Source of the DNA: Botryllus schlosseri
Lineage: Eukaryota
NCBI GenBank assembly: GCA_051294905.1
Contig: CM119376.1
Span: 19,282,001-19,346,000, forward strand
DNA: 64,000 nt
Reading direction: 5' to 3'
The notes beneath the pieces were generated by a model. The model had not been told where the DNA came from, searched no databases, and worked only from the letters and a program-made list of their open reading frames with translations. Each line of letters starts with the position of its first letter. Within the stretch, counting starts at the first letter, position 1. Positions 62,017-64,000 of this stretch are shown here, one piece after another. Position numbers and translations under genes: made by a program.

Positions 62017-62950
62017 CTGCAAAAACAGATCATGGACATAACACCGGGAGAAGTGAAATCAGAATGAGCCCCATACTAAGGTAGCGGATCTGTAACGTAA
62101 ATATCGGGTTTCGACTTAATCACATGCAGATGAAAATTTTGAAAGACATTTGTCGTGGGCTGTTGCCGGGTACTTTTATAGAAGCTACTTAAACGATAAT
62201 ATCTTTCCGAACCTGTAGTGTTAATAGTTGCATAAAATGTATACAGTGCTGATAAAACTACTCTGTCTGTCTACTGACATACGTCCATGGGAAAGTGGTG
62301 TACTCAAATGATCCAATATCTTTTCCGTGACATCCGGCATATCACTCCGGCAAACTTTAAGTTTGATAAAACGTAATGACTGATGTTCAAAGAATGTACA
62401 ACCATACAACATCGGTTTCACGTTTGTTCAGAAAACTTACGAGCAATCGCCACAATCCCTGGTTTTCTTCACACGGGTCGTCACTATCAATTCTGGGGCG
62501 TCTCAACTTTTGCACCAATAATAAGTCCTTTCTGAACAACGTCTTACCAAATTCTATTGAAGGGATTATTTTTAAGGGTTGGATAGAGGGATTTTAGGTT
62601 GTGGGGAATGAAGAATGGGAGAAAAATCAGAAGTGGGAATGAAGAGAAAAGGGTTACGAACCACCGCTTCACATGTACGGTAGCAGCTGGACAAGTTCTT
62701 CTGCGATAACTTATCGCGGGCCCCGTAAGTTATCGAAGGCCCCGCTCTCAGCCTTTTGACCTCTTCGTTTGAATTTTTTGTCAAAATATTCAGAGAGAGT
62801 TATGATTTCGTATCACTAGACACTAATATATATTTGAACATTCCAAGTAGTACATCCTGACATGACGTCATCTGAGTAGTACTAATTACTAGACTCGACG
62901 GTATTCGATTTTGTCCTAGAGTTGCAGCGGATCAAGAAATCGTCGCCAAC

Positions 62951-63172
62951 CTTCTCTTTTCATCCCGAGTCAAGCACTGGCAGCAAATATCACTATTTCG
63001 ATGCCCGCAGCTCATCGTAACGACTTTCCCGACGTACTCGTGGCATATCTTGCAAATAATCGGCGATGGGAATGTGTCAATGCTTGTCGCGCTTACAGGA
63101 ACTGTATGGCGACATATTGGACATGACAGGGGAGGCGGGTGTAATATCTTTTCAGTAGGATATCTCTGAAAC
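62951..63172 (-). CDS. RING-like/TM protein exon with C3HC4-type RING body
   Basis: TTCGCAG acceptor and AG|GTTGGC donor; LSCPICRHT...CKICHEYVGKVVTMSCGHRNSDICCQCL. Splicing to LVCPRC completes C-x2-C-x10-C-x-H-x5-C-x2-C-x10-C-x2-C. Absent from the ORF track. Confidence 0.85.
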
Positions 63173-63283
63173 CTGCGAACAAAGCGAGTTTTTCAAAATG
63201 GCGGACGGCAAAACGAATAGGTGCTGTACAGAGCACTGCGCAGGAAGATCAAGCCATTAGCCATAGTTGTGAAGTATAAATAC

Positions 63284-63412
63284 TCAGGTTTCTCCATTGC
63301 AAATCCAATGAACAATTTGGCATCTTTATTGAATACTATTCCAGAGTTAGGGTTGCCATATTCGATAATGCATGATTCCTGACAAATGTAGCTCAATTGT
63401 TTTGAACAATAT
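63284..63412 (-). CDS. RING-like/TM protein exon
   Basis: TACTCAG acceptor and GA|GTATTT donor; YCSKQLSYICQESCIIEY...AMEKP; 129 nt, phases 2/2. Confidence 0.7.
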
Positions 63413-63490
63413 CTGAGTATCACCAAAGTAGGCTTACATCGGCTTGATGTCATATGGATGAGAATTTCGAAAAAATATAATAGTCGCATG

Positions 63491-63696
63491 CAGTGTTGGG
63501 ATGACTCGAGCCATGACTTGACTCGAGTCAGACTCGAGTCAACTTTTTCGTATGACTTGACTTGACTCGAGTCACTTTGCAAAAATGACTTGACTTGACT
63601 CGGCGCTTCAGAAATGCGGATTGACTCGTGACTCGGAGCAAAATTTACGAGTCAATTTCAAGTCATCAATAAGTAAACGGTCTCGACCAAATCCCT
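63491..63696. mobile_element. GACTCGAGTC-repeat MITE in an intron of the RING/TM gene
   Basis: CAGTGTTGGGATGACTCGAG... with repeated GACTTGACTCGAGTC; same family as 1536-2010. Confidence 0.65.
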
Positions 63697-63780
63697 GTAT
63701 CATGTGTATATTCGGATTATTACCGATACGCCGGTGGCACTTGTGAGAGCAACCAGTCATTCAATTACTGTACGTTTCAC

Positions 63781-63834
63781 TGGTCCTCCATTGTTACATC
63801 ACAAATATATTGGCCGCAAACGAAATGATCACAG
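63781..63834 (-). CDS. Candidate exon of the RING-like/TM gene
   Basis: 54 nt, phases 2/2, weak splice sites; joining it to the upstream exon creates C-A-I-C-D-H-F. Confidence 0.4.
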
Positions 63835-63914
63835 CTTACGTTGCCGTATAGTAGTAAGTAGATTAAAAGCAACGTATCTGGGTATCTCTGTTTCTTAAAC
63901 GGCCTAGTGCTTAC

Positions 63915-63943
63915 ATTGCGCAGTGGTCACCTTTACCAACCAT
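63915..63943 (-). CDS. Candidate first coding exon of the RING-like/TM gene
   Basis: ATG GTT GGT AAA GGT GAC CAC TGC GCA AT|GTAAGC (MVGKGDHCA); strong donor; further upstream exons may lie outside the window. Confidence 0.5.
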
Positions 63944-64000
63944 CTTGTATGATTTAAATAGAATGAATATAGTTCATGCATTTATATTCTCACGGATGTA

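Overview
This is eukaryotic (animal) genomic DNA, not prokaryotic: it contains spliced genes with GT-AG introns from 56 bp to about 8 kb. An invertebrate deuterostome such as a tunicate is plausible, but that is inference. I reconstructed three genes by hand with consistent splice phases. (1) The last six exons of EXT2 (+, 1-4423). (2) A complete Dscam-family gene (+, CDS 10902-47830, 21 coding exons, about 1550 aa) with a shortened architecture: signal peptide, 5 Ig, 2 FN3, TM, about 640 aa tail ending in TLV. Its domains resemble DSCAM Ig5-Ig8, an Ig9/Ig10-like domain, FN5 and FN6, so Ig1-4 and FN1-4 appear absent. (3) A minus-strand gene (61515 to at least 63412, possibly 63943) for a Cys-rich protein with tandem RING-like repeats and two TM helices. 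Non-coding DNA is dense in mobile elements. These include a 255-bp Penelope-like insertion with a 12-bp TSD that forms a perfect 105-bp-arm palindrome carrying two intact minimal hammerhead ribozyme motifs just downstream of EXT2, a 2.4-kb foldback element, several hAT-type elements with 8-bp TSDs, a 6.8-kb CACTA/EnSpm element with nested insertions, and two tRNA-derived SINEs. All homology statements come from recalled family motifs; no database searches were run.
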